From: Chloroflexota bacterium
GTDB lineage: Bacteria > Chloroflexota > UBA11872 > VXOZ01
DNA: 64,000 bases
Direction of reading: 5' to 3'
Assembly (NCBI GenBank): GCA_963662335.2
Contig: CAXXVD010000005.1
Location: 1 to 64,000 of the forward strand
The position numbers were made by a program, and so were the translations under genes. Shown here in pieces: positions 20,195 to 30,420 of the stretch; position 1 is the first letter of the stretch, and every line of letters starts with the position of its first letter. The notes under the pieces were generated by a model, which had not been told where the DNA came from, did not search any database, and worked only from the letters and a program-made list of their open reading frames with translations.

Positions 20195-20881
20195 TCATGT
20201 GTCGGAGTTGGGCACAGGCGGCGCGCAGGCAATGACGGGCATGCCCAGAATCTGCTCCGCTTCCTCCCGCGACCGTACGCGCGTGTCGATGAACTCGATG
20301 GCGAGCCCTAGGAAGACGCCGAAGATTGTGCCAAGGACGAGCGCAACGGCTACGTTGAACCGCAGGCGCGGGCCGATCTGCCCGGCGCCGCTTGCGTGGT
20401 CGAGCACCCGCCCTCGCAAGAAGAGATCACCGCCCGGGCCGCTGCTTTGCTCCGATTGTACGAGTTGCACGAGCTCGTCTGCAAACCCATTGGCCACGTG
20501 AATTGCTTGCTGCGCGGAGGAACTCTCACCCTGGACCACTACGAGGTAGCTGTTCGGGACAATGACCATCCGCAAGCCCCCGAGTACGTCGTTGGGCGAC
20601 ACGTCAAGCTCTTTGCGGTCTACAACGCTTTGCGCCACCTCCTGGGTGCGCACACGCTCTACATAGGTTTTGAGCAGCCGCTCCACAGCTTCCATCGTCC
20701 AATAGTCGATGACGTTCGGTGTAACGAGAACACTCACACCGGCTTGGTATAGTGGCGGTTGGCGGCTGCTGTAGACGTAGGCGGTGGGAGCGGCGACAAG
20801 CGCGAGCACAAGCACGAGCCAGTACCGCCGACGGATTACGCCGACATAGTCTCGTAGTCTGATTGGGACGATTTCAAGCAT
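20195..20881 (-). CDS. Wzz/CpsC(YveK)-like polysaccharide co-polymerase
   Basis: Two TM segments flanking an extracellular loop; EFIDTRVRSREEAEQILGMPVI. Confidence 0.82.
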   Translation of the reverse strand: MLEIVPIRLRDYVGVIRRRYWLVLVLALVAAPTAYVYSSRQPPLYQAGVSVLVTPNVIDYWTMEAVERLLKTYVERVRTQEVAQSVVDRKELDVSPNDVLGGLRMVIVPNSYLVVVQGESSSAQQAIHVANGFADELVQLVQSEQSSGPGGDLFLRGRVLDHASGAGQIGPRLRFNVAVALVLGTIFGVFLGLAIEFIDTRVRSREEAEQILGMPVIACAPPVPNSDT

Positions 20882-20914
20882 CTGTCATGCCTTGCGCCGC
20901 CACGCGCCCGCGCG

Positions 20915-21655
20915 CTACTCGGCAGGGGCGTCCGCAGGTTGTGAAGCGACTTTGCCAGCCTTGGGAACGGGTGGGATGGTCGCAAGCACCGGCGCGCGCA
21001 GCGCTTCTTCAACGTCCTCTCGCGACCGCAACTGGCTCGCCAGTATCTCCAAGACGAATGCGAGTCCGGCAATGAGCAAGAACGCAACCAGCGTCCGGAC
21101 CACAATATCCAGGCCCAGGCGCGCCAGCGAGGTGGCCTCCGGCTCAGAGGCCGGATCCACGATCTGCACGCTCACCAGTCCTTGCCTGACGCTGGCGGAG
21201 TATGTTCCCGCTCTCGTCTCGAAGATAGTCTGCGCCGCATCGGCCAAGGCTTGGGCAACGATAGGATCACTGCTCGTGAACGTCAGTTCCAGGATGCGGT
21301 GACTGTGGGTCGCTCTGAGTGAATCTGAAATATCCTGCGGGCTCAACTGCAGTCCGTACCGCTCGTCGAGAATTGCGCCTATGTTTGCCGCAAACGCCCC
21401 GCCTTCGACAATCTCGGAGAAGTCCTCGATGTTGTATTGGGCCAGGAGTTGCCGATAGTACTCCTGCGAATAGTAGAATCCGGCTCCTTGCCCGCTCGGT
21501 GGCGGTACCGGCTGCACGTGCACCCGGACCGTTGACTCATACGCATTCGGCCATATGAGCGCCAAGAGCACGCTGCCGATGAGCGCCACCAGCGTCACGC
21601 CGAGAATGAGCTTCTTTCTCGCCGCAAGGACTCTGAGATAGTATTGAATGACCAT
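20915..21655 (-). CDS. Second Wzz/CpsC(YveK)-like protein
   Basis: Same topology; LRSREDVEEALRAPVLATIP. Confidence 0.8.
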   Translation of the reverse strand: MVIQYYLRVLAARKKLILGVTLVALIGSVLLALIWPNAYESTVRVHVQPVPPPSGQGAGFYYSQEYYRQLLAQYNIEDFSEIVEGGAFAANIGAILDERYGLQLSPQDISDSLRATHSHRILELTFTSSDPIVAQALADAAQTIFETRAGTYSASVRQGLVSVQIVDPASEPEATSLARLGLDIVVRTLVAFLLIAGLAFVLEILASQLRSREDVEEALRAPVLATIPPVPKAGKVASQPADAPAE

Positions 21656-21735
21656 AGATGCTCTCGGCTGCTTACCTCATTCCGTTTCATCATAGCAGAT
21701 TAGCCACCACGAACTGGCATGGTGGTTACAGAACC

Positions 21736-22860
21736 TCAGGGAGAGTGCGGCCGCGCCGCTGCGGCTGACTTCGTCGCAGACGCGGCAACGAGAGCCCTCA
21801 TTCTATCCTTGAACACGGCGGTGTCGAACGTGGCCGCGTGCGCGGTGATTCGTTCCGTGCTAAACGTCAGAGTCCCAAGGCGCGTCACCGCCTCGCAGAG
21901 AGCGTCCGGCGTCTGCTCCGAGAAGAAGAGACCCGTTTCACCGTCAACTACAGTGTCGAGCGCCCCGCCGGCGGCATAGGCGATGACCGGCCGGCCGGAA
22001 GCCTGCGCCTCTACGGGCACGAGGCCGAAGTCCTCCTCCCCCGGGAAGATCAGCGCCCGGCACTGGGCAAGGTGGCGGCGCCGTTCGGCGTCTTCCACGT
22101 AGCCGAGAAACCGCACGTTCGGCTGCGCCATCGCTTCCAGACGCGCGCGGTCGCGGCCCTCGCCGATGATGCGCAGCGGCAGTCCGAGGCGATTGAAGGC
22201 CTGAATAACCAGGTCCACCCGCTTGTACGGCACCAGGCGCGAGACCACCAGAAAATACTCGTCGACCTGGTCGGCGGGCGCAAACCCCGTCGTGTCAACC
22301 GGTGGGAAGAGGATGGTCGAATCCCGCCGGTAGAGTTTGCGGATGCGCGCGGCCACCACCCGCGAAATCGCCACGAATTCGTCCACCCGCGCGCTCGCGG
22401 TTACGTCCCAGGCGCGAAGCCAGGTGAGCGTCGCGGGCAGCAGCTTGCGCGCCAGCCAACCCACCTGTTCGCCGGCAAGATACTCGTGGGTGTTCCAGGC
22501 AAAGCGCATCGGCGACAGGCAGTAGCAGAGATGCCAGGTGTCTTCGCGGGTGATGACGCCCTTGCACCACGCGCTGCTGTTGCTGATTACGATGTCGTAC
22601 GCGCGAAGGTCAAGGCGCTCGAAAGCGACCGGGTAGAGCGGCAGCAGCCTCTGATGCCGGGGATAGCGCGTAAACGGGCCGAACTTCTGCAGAAACGTTG
22701 TGCGAATATCGAGTTCGCGGAAGGCCGCCGGCATGGCCTCAGGCCGGTAGAACGACGTGTAGACGGGAGCGTCCGGGAAGAGTTCGTGGAGCGTGAGCAG
22801 CACCCGCTCGGCGCCGCCCATCTGGTTGAGATAGTCGTGGAGAATGGCAATGCGCATCAT
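21736..22860 (-). CDS. GT4 glycosyltransferase
   Basis: HDYLNQMGGAERV, SRLVPYKR, EDFGLVPVEAQASG. Confidence 0.92.
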   Translation of the reverse strand: MMRIAILHDYLNQMGGAERVLLTLHELFPDAPVYTSFYRPEAMPAAFRELDIRTTFLQKFGPFTRYPRHQRLLPLYPVAFERLDLRAYDIVISNSSAWCKGVITREDTWHLCYCLSPMRFAWNTHEYLAGEQVGWLARKLLPATLTWLRAWDVTASARVDEFVAISRVVAARIRKLYRRDSTILFPPVDTTGFAPADQVDEYFLVVSRLVPYKRVDLVIQAFNRLGLPLRIIGEGRDRARLEAMAQPNVRFLGYVEDAERRRHLAQCRALIFPGEEDFGLVPVEAQASGRPVIAYAAGGALDTVVDGETGLFFSEQTPDALCEAVTRLGTLTFSTERITAHAATFDTAVFKDRMRALVAASATKSAAAARPHSP

Positions 22861-22885
22861 GGGCCTCGGCCCTTCGGGGAGGCCC

Positions 22886-24361
22886 TCAATACGCGCCGTC
22901 ACGCCGTATGACTGCGGGAATCGTGCGCAGGATAAGATTGACGTCGAGGCCGAAGGACCAATTGTCGATGTAGTAGATGTCCATCATCACCATCTCTTCG
23001 AACGGGACGTTGCTCCGTCCGTTCACCTGCCAGAGGCCGGTGAGGCCGGGTTTCACGCTGAGCCGCTTCTTCTGCCATTCCTCGTACTGGGCCACCTCCG
23101 CCGCCAGCGGCGCGCGGGGGCCGACCAGGCTCATGTCGCCGCGCAGGATGTTCCAAAACTGCGGCAGTTCGTCCAGCGACAGCCGGCGCAGCCACGCGCC
23201 AACCTTTGTGCGGCGCGGGTCGTTCGCCATCTTGAAGAGCGGCCCGTCGGCCTGATTGCGGTCCGCGAGCGCAGCGCGCAGTTGCTCCGCGTCCTCGCGC
23301 ATCGAGCGAAACTTATACATGGTGAACGGCTTGCCGTTCTGGCCGACGCGCTCCGACGTGTAGAACACCGGGCCGGACGACTCTAACTTGATGGCGAGCG
23401 CAATCAGGAGAAAGAGCGGGCTGCCAATGAGAAGCACGGCGGCCGAGACGATACTATCGAGCAGGCGCTTCAAGAAGAAGTCCCAGCCCACGATCGCGCC
23501 GTCCTTGAGCCCGAGAATCGGAATGCCGCCGATAGAATCGACGTCTACCGTGTTGAGTTGAATCTCGAAGAGGTCCGGCACGAGGTGGAACCCCACCCCG
23601 TGCGCCTTGCACTGGTCGATTACGTCGGCGATGCGGCGGTGCTCCGTTGCGGGCAGCGCGATGATCACGCGCTCTACGCCGTGGGTCCGGACAACGTCGG
23701 CCAGCCGTTCCACCGGGCCCAACACTTCGATGCGGCCAAAGTGCGCCCCCCGGTGGTAGTGCGTGTCGTCCAGGAAGCCGACGAGACGGTAGCCCAAGTT
23801 CGGCCGCGTGAGCGCCTGCTGCATGATCATCTTGCCGTGCATGCCGCCGCCCACCACGACCAGGTGCTCGAGCAGGTGGCCGCGCCGCCTGAGCACATCG
23901 ACCCCAATGCGCATCACGATTCGACTAAGGCTGATGATGAATGGGGTACTCAGCCAAAGCAGCAAGAACAGGCCACGTGAATACCCGGCCCAGCCGGGCA
24001 GACGGACAACGTAGGACAAGACTATGAGCGAGAAGACCGCGAGCGTTGCGCCTAGGCAAATCCGGCCCAGTTCTTCCAGCAGTCCGGTGGATGCGCGCAG
24101 ACGGTAGACGCGCGCGATCTGGAATGCGACGAACACCAACGCGAGGTGCGCGAGTAGGACAGGCAGGTAGAAGCTAAAGTCCAAGTACTGGAACTCTGTC
24201 AGATCCGGCCCAATGCCCATCTCGTACCGCAGCCACCAGGAAACGTAGACGGCGAGGCCGGCCAGGGACAGATCAATGAAACCGAGAAGCAGTTTCGCCG
24301 TAAACCGGCGGCTGCGCTTGACGTGCGGCGGTGGAATCTTGGTTGCAGTCATCGTCTTCAT
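22886..24361 (-). CDS. Polyprenyl-phosphate priming glycosyltransferase (WcaJ/CpsE-like)
   Basis: N-terminal TM segments, CoA-binding-like domain, KRLLD, YKFRSM, SLDELPQFWNILRGDMSLVGPR, KPGLTG. Confidence 0.93.
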   Translation of the reverse strand: MKTMTATKIPPPHVKRSRRFTAKLLLGFIDLSLAGLAVYVSWWLRYEMGIGPDLTEFQYLDFSFYLPVLLAHLALVFVAFQIARVYRLRASTGLLEELGRICLGATLAVFSLIVLSYVVRLPGWAGYSRGLFLLLWLSTPFIISLSRIVMRIGVDVLRRRGHLLEHLVVVGGGMHGKMIMQQALTRPNLGYRLVGFLDDTHYHRGAHFGRIEVLGPVERLADVVRTHGVERVIIALPATEHRRIADVIDQCKAHGVGFHLVPDLFEIQLNTVDVDSIGGIPILGLKDGAIVGWDFFLKRLLDSIVSAAVLLIGSPLFLLIALAIKLESSGPVFYTSERVGQNGKPFTMYKFRSMREDAEQLRAALADRNQADGPLFKMANDPRRTKVGAWLRRLSLDELPQFWNILRGDMSLVGPRAPLAAEVAQYEEWQKKRLSVKPGLTGLWQVNGRSNVPFEEMVMMDIYYIDNWSFGLDVNLILRTIPAVIRRDGAY

Positions 24362-25509
24362 CTAAACGGCGCTCCAGTACCGAGGGCACGATACACGTCC
24401 AGGCAGACGTCCACTGAGTCAGACCACGAGAAACGCGCGGCTTGTTCCAGGCCGCGCCCGCGCAGGTCGGCCGCCAGCGCGCTGTCGGTGAGTACACGGG
24501 CCATGGCGGCGGCAAGCTGGGCCTGCGCGCGCGGCGCGACCAACACACCGGCGTCACCAACTACCTCGGGCAGTGAGGAGGTGTTCGCGGCAATCACCGG
24601 CACGCCCGCGGCCATCGCTTCGAGCGCGGGGTAGCCAAATCCTTCATACGATGAGGGATAGACAAGCAAGTCGGCGCAACTATACCACATGGGCAACTCC
24701 TCGCGCGCCACGTACCCCGGCATCAGGAGGCGTTCACCAATCCCCGCCTCCGCGATGGCAGTCTCGATCGCCTGCGTCATCCAGCCTCTGCCGCCGACTA
24801 CAACGAGGCTGTGCGGCAGGCGCTCCTTGCGCGCTGTGTCTCCAAAGGCGCGGATCAGCACGTCAACGTTCTTGCGCGGTTCCAGGGTCCCAACATAGAG
24901 CACGTAGCGCGGCGGCAATCCCTTTGCCGCGCGAAACGCCTCGATTTCGTCCCGCGAACGCGGCTGAAAGTCGGCGTCCGCCGCCGGGTAGACCACGTGT
25001 ACGCGCTCCGCCGGCACGTCGAGCATCTGCGCCACGTCGTTCCGCGTGCTAGCGGAGTCCGTTATGACCGCCTGCGCGCGGCGCGCCGATAAACGCGTGA
25101 ACAATCGGAGATACCATTGCTTATACCGGGGAAAGAGCCGGGGGTAGCGTAAGAAGGCCAGGTCATGAATCGTCACTACCGTGGGGCACGCCGCCGCCAT
25201 CGGCATAACGTTGAGCGGGCAGTGCAGTACGTCTAGTGTACCACGCCCGGTGTGCCATGCCAAGACCGTCTGTTCCCAGAGAATGCGCGGGGCCGGGCGC
25301 GCCGTGGGAAAACGGCTCGAAACCACTGTCGGCGTACGCCGGGTGCGCTCCCGCCACGCGGGCATGAGATGGTTGGTGAAGAGCGTGTAGTCGTTCTCGC
25401 CGTCGCGGTCGAGCAGGTGCGTCGTCAACTGGTGAATATAGCGGCTGATGCCGGCATTGCGGTAGTCGCGGGAGGTGTAGAGCTTCAGGGCATTGATGCC
25501 AATTCTCAC
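24358..25509 (-). CDS. GT4 glycosyltransferase
   Basis: VVTIHDL, GTLEPRKN, YEGFGYPALEAMA. Confidence 0.92.
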   Translation of the reverse strand: MRIGINALKLYTSRDYRNAGISRYIHQLTTHLLDRDGENDYTLFTNHLMPAWRERTRRTPTVVSSRFPTARPAPRILWEQTVLAWHTGRGTLDVLHCPLNVMPMAAACPTVVTIHDLAFLRYPRLFPRYKQWYLRLFTRLSARRAQAVITDSASTRNDVAQMLDVPAERVHVVYPAADADFQPRSRDEIEAFRAAKGLPPRYVLYVGTLEPRKNVDVLIRAFGDTARKERLPHSLVVVGGRGWMTQAIETAIAEAGIGERLLMPGYVAREELPMWYSCADLLVYPSSYEGFGYPALEAMAAGVPVIAANTSSLPEVVGDAGVLVAPRAQAQLAAAMARVLTDSALAADLRGRGLEQAARFSWSDSVDVCLDVYRALGTGAPFR

Positions 25510-25716
25510 GGCCTGAACCTCGAACTACGCCACGCGTCACCAAGCGCGTTACCTGCTCATTTCCCCATTGTAGCGCGCGGGCGCGAATTGCGCTCACGCG
25601 CGCGGTGACGTTGAGTTCACGCCGAAGGCTGTTTTGCCGACCGCATTCATGCTAGCATGGATGCTACAACTACTCGCGGCTAATCGCGGCATTTGCTATG
25701 AGGAGCGGAGCGCGCC

Positions 25717-26478
25717 ATGCGTCTGGGAATCGTGACCTACAACATTGCGGCCGATTGGGACATACCGGCCATTCTGGCTAACTGTGAAGCGGTGGGCATC
25801 CATGGGATAGAGCTGCGCACAACCCACGCGCACGGCGTTGAACCCTCACTCTCTGCGCACGAGCGCCGCGAGGCGCGCGCCCAATTCGCTGATTCACCGG
25901 TCACGATAATCGGTTTGGGAACTACGTGCGAGTTCCATGCGCTGGAACAAGAAACCGTGCGCGAGAACGTAGAAACCGCCAAAGAGTTCGCCCAACTCGC
26001 CCATGACCTCGGCGCGGCGGGCATCAAGGTGCGTCCAAACGGCCTGCAACTGGAGGCCGGAATTCCCAAAGAACAGACGCTCGCGCAGATTGGCAACGCG
26101 CTCCAGGCGGTCGGCGCCGCCGCGCAGGACCTCGGCGTCGCGGTCTGGCTTGAGATGCACGGCCCCGCTACCGCGGAGCCGGAGAACATCCGCGAGATCA
26201 TGGAGCGCGCCGCGCACCCCAACGTGTTCGTCTGCTGGAACTCGAATCCACAGGACGTGGAAGCCGGTTCCGTCGCCAGGAGCTACGCCTTGGTGCGAGA
26301 GAAGATCCGGCACGTCCACGTCAACCGGCTCTATAGCGACTATCCGTATCGCGAACTCTTTCGCCTTTTGCAGGAAGACGACTACGCCGGCTGGCTCTGC
26401 GCCGAGATCCAGGCTTCAGCCGACCCGCTCACCATTCTGCACTACTACCGGGCGCTCTTCCACGAGTTGGGCGGATAG
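25717..26478 (+). CDS. Sugar phosphate isomerase/epimerase (xylose isomerase-like TIM barrel)
   Basis: IELRTTHAHGVE, KVRPN, LEMHG, CWNSN, HVH. Confidence 0.85.
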   Translation: MRLGIVTYNIAADWDIPAILANCEAVGIHGIELRTTHAHGVEPSLSAHERREARAQFADSPVTIIGLGTTCEFHALEQETVRENVETAKEFAQLAHDLGAAGIKVRPNGLQLEAGIPKEQTLAQIGNALQAVGAAAQDLGVAVWLEMHGPATAEPENIREIMERAAHPNVFVCWNSNPQDVEAGSVARSYALVREKIRHVHVNRLYSDYPYRELFRLLQEDDYAGWLCAEIQASADPLTILHYYRALFHELGG

Positions 26479-26542
26479 AGAGGCGCGCGGGAGCGTTGTG
26501 GGCGTTCACGCACTGTTGTAATTCTCCGAACGCGGTATAATT

Positions 26543-26691
26543 GGGGATGGTCGCGGTGCGCGCGGTCTCACGTGAATTTGAGAAGCAAGCGACGTTGACG
26601 TATTCAAGAGAGGGGGCCGGGCCGGTAGCATTGGGCGTCGCCGCCATCCTGGGGAGGACTGCAGGTGGTTCCGACGTCTTGCTCCACGCCC
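26543..26691 (+). ncRNA. Candidate structured leader or sRNA downstream of a perfect TATAAT
   Basis: TATAAT at 26536-26541; nested stems 26544-50/26644-50, 26553-59/26635-41, 26563-69/26613-19; loop segment 26584-97 complementary to 26672-83. Family not recognised. Confidence 0.3.
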
Positions 26692-26695
26692 TACT

Positions 26696-27073
26696 ATGGC
26701 ACGCAAGAAGCGAAGATCAAGCAACCAGCGCCGCAGACCGGCGCGCTCCCGCGGCGCGGCGAGAGAACGCGTTGCCGCAGCGCCGGCCAGCCGGCGTGAG
26801 GCCAACGGAGAGACGGAGGATAGCGCCCCGGTCTCCACCGCTCCGTCCACTCCGGCTGCCGCGGCTACGCCAATCGCAACCGCCGCCCAGGCAGGGGCGA
26901 GCATAGCCGCAACGCCTGGGCAGGCGGCATGGCCTACCCGCCGCAAACGATCGCAGCGCGTGGAACTTCCCATTCACGAGCTTGACCACGTCAGAGGTGA
27001 CCTGGCGCGGATCGGCCTGCTCTCCTTGGGCATGGTCGTCGTGCTGGTGATCCTCACCATCGTATTGCGCTAA
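26696..27073 (+). CDS. Small membrane protein (basic N-terminus, C-terminal TM helix)
   Basis: MARKKRR...HVRGDLARIGLL followed by a hydrophobic tail. Confidence 0.65.
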   Translation: MARKKRRSSNQRRRPARSRGAARERVAAAPASRREANGETEDSAPVSTAPSTPAAAATPIATAAQAGASIAATPGQAAWPTRRKRSQRVELPIHELDHVRGDLARIGLLSLGMVVVLVILTIVLR

Positions 27074-27197
27074 CGCTCGTGCTGCCGTGAGAAGGACGCC
27101 GGCTATTCCTGCGCAACGCCGCGGAGCGGCGCAATTTCCAACGAATGTTGCGCGCCTGTGCTGAACACAGCGCGCCCCAACCCGTGCGACGGATAGT

Positions 27198-27698
27198 ATG
27201 TTCGAGCAAGGCACGACGCTCTCGCAGATCATCGGCACCTCTCTCGCCAGCTTCTTGCTGGCGCTGCTCTATCTCCGTATCTACCTCCCCTTTGCGCCGA
27301 AGCGGCCGGGACAACCGATTGGCAAGATCAGATTGGGCATCCGGGAAAAAATCCTCATCTTTCGCCCCACGCTCATTCCCCTCCTGTTGCTCCTCTTCAT
27401 AAACCAGATTCCGGTATCGGGCATTCAATTCTCGTTCATGCTGCCGGGCACCGAACTGATGATCATGCTGGCGACCGTCATCGCGGCGCTGGTGCCAATC
27501 TCGTACGTATTTACCACTGAGGGGTATTCGCTGAGCAACGGGCAGGCTCACCGCTGGGAGAGCTTTCGCCGCTACGAAGTTGCCAACGGCGTCGTGAAGC
27601 TGGAAGGCAAGGGTGAGCGCCCGTTCCAGCAGAAGCTCTACATCCCACCGGAGAAAGAAGGCGCGCTGCGCACGGTGCTGAAGCGGTTTGTGCGCTAG
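27198..27698 (+). CDS. Hypothetical membrane protein (three TM segments plus PH-like soluble tail)
   Basis: Hydrophobic segments; YVFTTEG...HRWESF pattern. Confidence 0.65.
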   Translation: MFEQGTTLSQIIGTSLASFLLALLYLRIYLPFAPKRPGQPIGKIRLGIREKILIFRPTLIPLLLLLFINQIPVSGIQFSFMLPGTELMIMLATVIAALVPISYVFTTEGYSLSNGQAHRWESFRRYEVANGVVKLEGKGERPFQQKLYIPPEKEGALRTVLKRFVR

Positions 27699-27788
27699 CG
27701 CGCGCCAACGCCGCCCCTGGCCGCGCCGCTCGATGGTCCGCCGGGGCTGCGTGCGGGACGCGCTTGGCGGAGAAAGGCGCTGAGGGCA

Positions 27789-29231
27789 ATGAAGCGTCGC
27801 TCGCGAGAAGAGCCTCCCGCTCAATCGCTCTTTCCGGATGCTACGGCCCGCGCCGGCGCGGGCGCGGCCGCCGGTCCGGCGCCAAGCGCCGCCGCGCCGC
27901 TGGCCACGCGCATGAGGCCGCTGACACTGGACGAGTACGTCGGCCAAGCCCACCTTCTCGGCGAGAAAGGCGTGCTGCGGCAGGCGATTGCGGCGGATCG
28001 AGTGCCATCCATGATTCTCTGGGGGCCGCCCGGTTCCGGCAAGACCTCGCTTGCCGCCATCATTGGACGCGCCGCCAAGGCCAATATCGCCGGTTTGAGC
28101 GCGGTGAGCGCCGGCGTGGCCGACCTGCGCAAGGTGGTGGAAGAGGCGCAAACACGGCTGGAACTCACCGGCCGCCGCACCATTCTCTTCATCGACGAGA
28201 TCCACCGCTTCTCCAAGAGCCAGCAGGACGCCGTCTTGCCCTACGTGGAAGACGGCACGGTGACGTTGATTGGCGCTACGACAGAGAATCCGTCGTTCGA
28301 GGTCAACGCGCCGCTGCTCTCCCGCACCCGCGTCTATAAGCTGGAACCGCTCACTGACGCTGAAGTCATGTCGCTGGTCGAGCGCAGTTTGGCAGACAAC
28401 GCGCGCGGGCTTGGCGCGCGCCAGGTAGCGGCGCAGCCGGAAGCCCTCGCGTACCTGGCGCGCATGGCAAATGGCGACGCCCGCGTGGCCTTGAACGCGC
28501 TGGAACTGGCGGCCTCCCTGGCGGCTGCGGACGACAGTGGCGCGCGCTCGATAGGCGAAGACGACATCGCGAAAGCCCTCCAGCGGCGGGTGCTCCCCCA
28601 CGACAAGAAGGGGGATTTCCACTACGACCTGATCTCGGCCTTCATCAAGAGCGTGCGCGGCAGCGATCCCGACGCCGCGGTCTATTGGCTGGCGCGCATG
28701 TTGGAGGGCGGCGAAGACCCGCTCTTCGTCGCGCGCCGCATCGTGATTCTCGCCTCGGAAGACGTCGGCCTCGCCGATCCGCGGGCGCTCAGCGTCGCCG
28801 TGGCGGCGCAACAGGCGGCGCACTTCATCGGCATGCCGGAGAGCATCTATCCGCTCACGCAGGCGACCCTCTATCTCGCCACGGCGCCCAAGAGCAATTC
28901 GGCGCTGCGGGCTTACGCCGCGGCCCGCGACGCCATCCAGGAAACCGGCAACCTCAGCGTGCCGCTCCACCTGCGCAACGCGCCCACGGGGCTGATGGCG
29001 GCGTTTGGGCACGGCAAGGACTACAAGTATCCCCACGAATTCGAGGGCAATTGGGTAGCCGAGGAATACCTGCCTGAGCCTCTGCACGGCCAGCGCTACT
29101 ACGAGCCCGGAACGGTTGGCTTCGAGCAAGCGCTGCGAGCACGACCGGACGAACACACGGCGCGCCGCACGCAAATGGCAGGGGAAGACAGGCAGGGCGA
29201 GAAGCGGTCACGGGATCAGGAAACGAATTGA
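27789..29231 (+). CDS. rarA: Replication-associated recombination protein A (MgsA)
   Basis: PLATRMRP, GPPGSGKT, FIDEIHRF, GATTENPSFEVN, SAFIKSVRGSDPDA, PKSN. Confidence 0.96.
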   Translation: MKRRSREEPPAQSLFPDATARAGAGAAAGPAPSAAAPLATRMRPLTLDEYVGQAHLLGEKGVLRQAIAADRVPSMILWGPPGSGKTSLAAIIGRAAKANIAGLSAVSAGVADLRKVVEEAQTRLELTGRRTILFIDEIHRFSKSQQDAVLPYVEDGTVTLIGATTENPSFEVNAPLLSRTRVYKLEPLTDAEVMSLVERSLADNARGLGARQVAAQPEALAYLARMANGDARVALNALELAASLAAADDSGARSIGEDDIAKALQRRVLPHDKKGDFHYDLISAFIKSVRGSDPDAAVYWLARMLEGGEDPLFVARRIVILASEDVGLADPRALSVAVAAQQAAHFIGMPESIYPLTQATLYLATAPKSNSALRAYAAARDAIQETGNLSVPLHLRNAPTGLMAAFGHGKDYKYPHEFEGNWVAEEYLPEPLHGQRYYEPGTVGFEQALRARPDEHTARRTQMAGEDRQGEKRSRDQETN

Positions 29232-29247
29232 CGGTCTCGCGCCCTCG

Positions 29248-30420
29248 CTAGAACAATCCGCGCAGAGGCCGCGCGTAGCCCGTGAGTTCCGCGTAGCCGT
29301 AGCCGGCCGCGTCCCCGCTCACGCGCACGGCGCCCTCCCAGTAGGTCACGCTGCCGCGGACCTCTTGCTCCGCCAGCAGCGGTTCCAGGATGAGACGCAG
29401 CGGCACGTCGTCAAGATTTACCGTAATCTCCCAGCCGGCGGGATACGCAGCGCCGCTGCGGCTGCTCCGCCACGTGCGCGTGGGCGTGATCGTGAAGGCC
29501 GCCGACGGCAGGTAGCGGGTCGTGCCGTCGGGCATGACGAGCAAGCCGCCAAAGACCGGCTCCGTACTGCCGTCTTGCCGCCGGATCTGCCCCACCATCA
29601 GGTCGCGGCCGTCATCCAGATGCACCGCGAACCAGTCCCAACCCACCGCGCCCGCGCTGAGCGCGCTGGTGCCGAACTCCCGGTCCATCCAGCTTGCGCC
29701 GCTGACCGTAAACACCTCATCGCCAATTGTCACCGTGCCCGTCGTCGCCAGGCGCGTGAGCGAATAGTAGTAACTGGCGTTCCCGGGCTCCGGCCCCTTT
29801 CGGCTGAGGCCGTTGTCGCCGTGCAGCGCGGGCGGTTTGGCGGCAGTGAGCGCCAGGTCAATGGCAAAGCCGCCGGCTTGCGCGCGAATCCGCATCTGCG
29901 CAGCCGACGAGTCACCGGCCTGTACCGACCAGTCTTCCAGCCAGACGCGGTAGCGCGGGTTGACTTCAGCGCCCGCGAGGCCCGCCCCGCCCCGGCTAAA
30001 CCGCTCTTCCTGGTAGAATGCGCCGCCCGCGACGTCGCTTACGGTAACGTGCGCCATGTATATCTGGTTCGCGTACCACTCCGACTGGGCGTTTCGTGGG
30101 CTTGGCGTCAGGGCGCGGCGAAAGATGGTGAACTGGTACCCAAACCGCCGCCCGGTCGCGGTCGTCACGTTGCCGGTGTAGTACCACCATTCGGTCTGGA
30201 ATGCCGGATGGGGTCCGTGGTCGGAGGGAAATTCCCACTGCCAGGGCTCTACGGCCTGCGCAAAGCCGTCGGCTGCGAACCGCGGCGGCAGCATGGCGAT
30301 TTCCGCTCCCACGGGCTCCGCCGGCCTGTTGAGAGCCCACGCGACGCCGGCAAACAGCAGCCCGACCGCGCCCGCAACCATGAGGAAGGGAAGCAAGTTC
30401 TTGACATAAGTCTTATTCAT
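29248..30420 (-). CDS. AttH-like / CrtC-lipocalin double-domain protein
   Basis: FPSDHGPHPAFQTEWWYY, SWMDREF, GWDWF, YWEG, GYAELTGY. Confidence 0.88.
   Translation of the reverse strand: MNKTYVKNLLPFLMVAGAVGLLFAGVAWALNRPAEPVGAEIAMLPPRFAADGFAQAVEPWQWEFPSDHGPHPAFQTEWWYYTGNVTTATGRRFGYQFTIFRRALTPSPRNAQSEWYANQIYMAHVTVSDVAGGAFYQEERFSRGGAGLAGAEVNPRYRVWLEDWSVQAGDSSAAQMRIRAQAGGFAIDLALTAAKPPALHGDNGLSRKGPEPGNASYYYSLTRLATTGTVTIGDEVFTVSGASWMDREFGTSALSAGAVGWDWFAVHLDDGRDLMVGQIRRQDGSTEPVFGGLLVMPDGTTRYLPSAAFTITPTRTWRSSRSGAAYPAGWEITVNLDDVPLRLILEPLLAEQEVRGSVTYWEGAVRVSGDAAGYGYAELTGYARPLRGLF

Noticed and set aside
26598-26680. SAM-I riboswitch or T-box (TTCAAGAGAGG; AGGTGGTTCCG)
   Set aside because: Only short partial matches; the remaining conserved elements and suitable downstream genes are missing.
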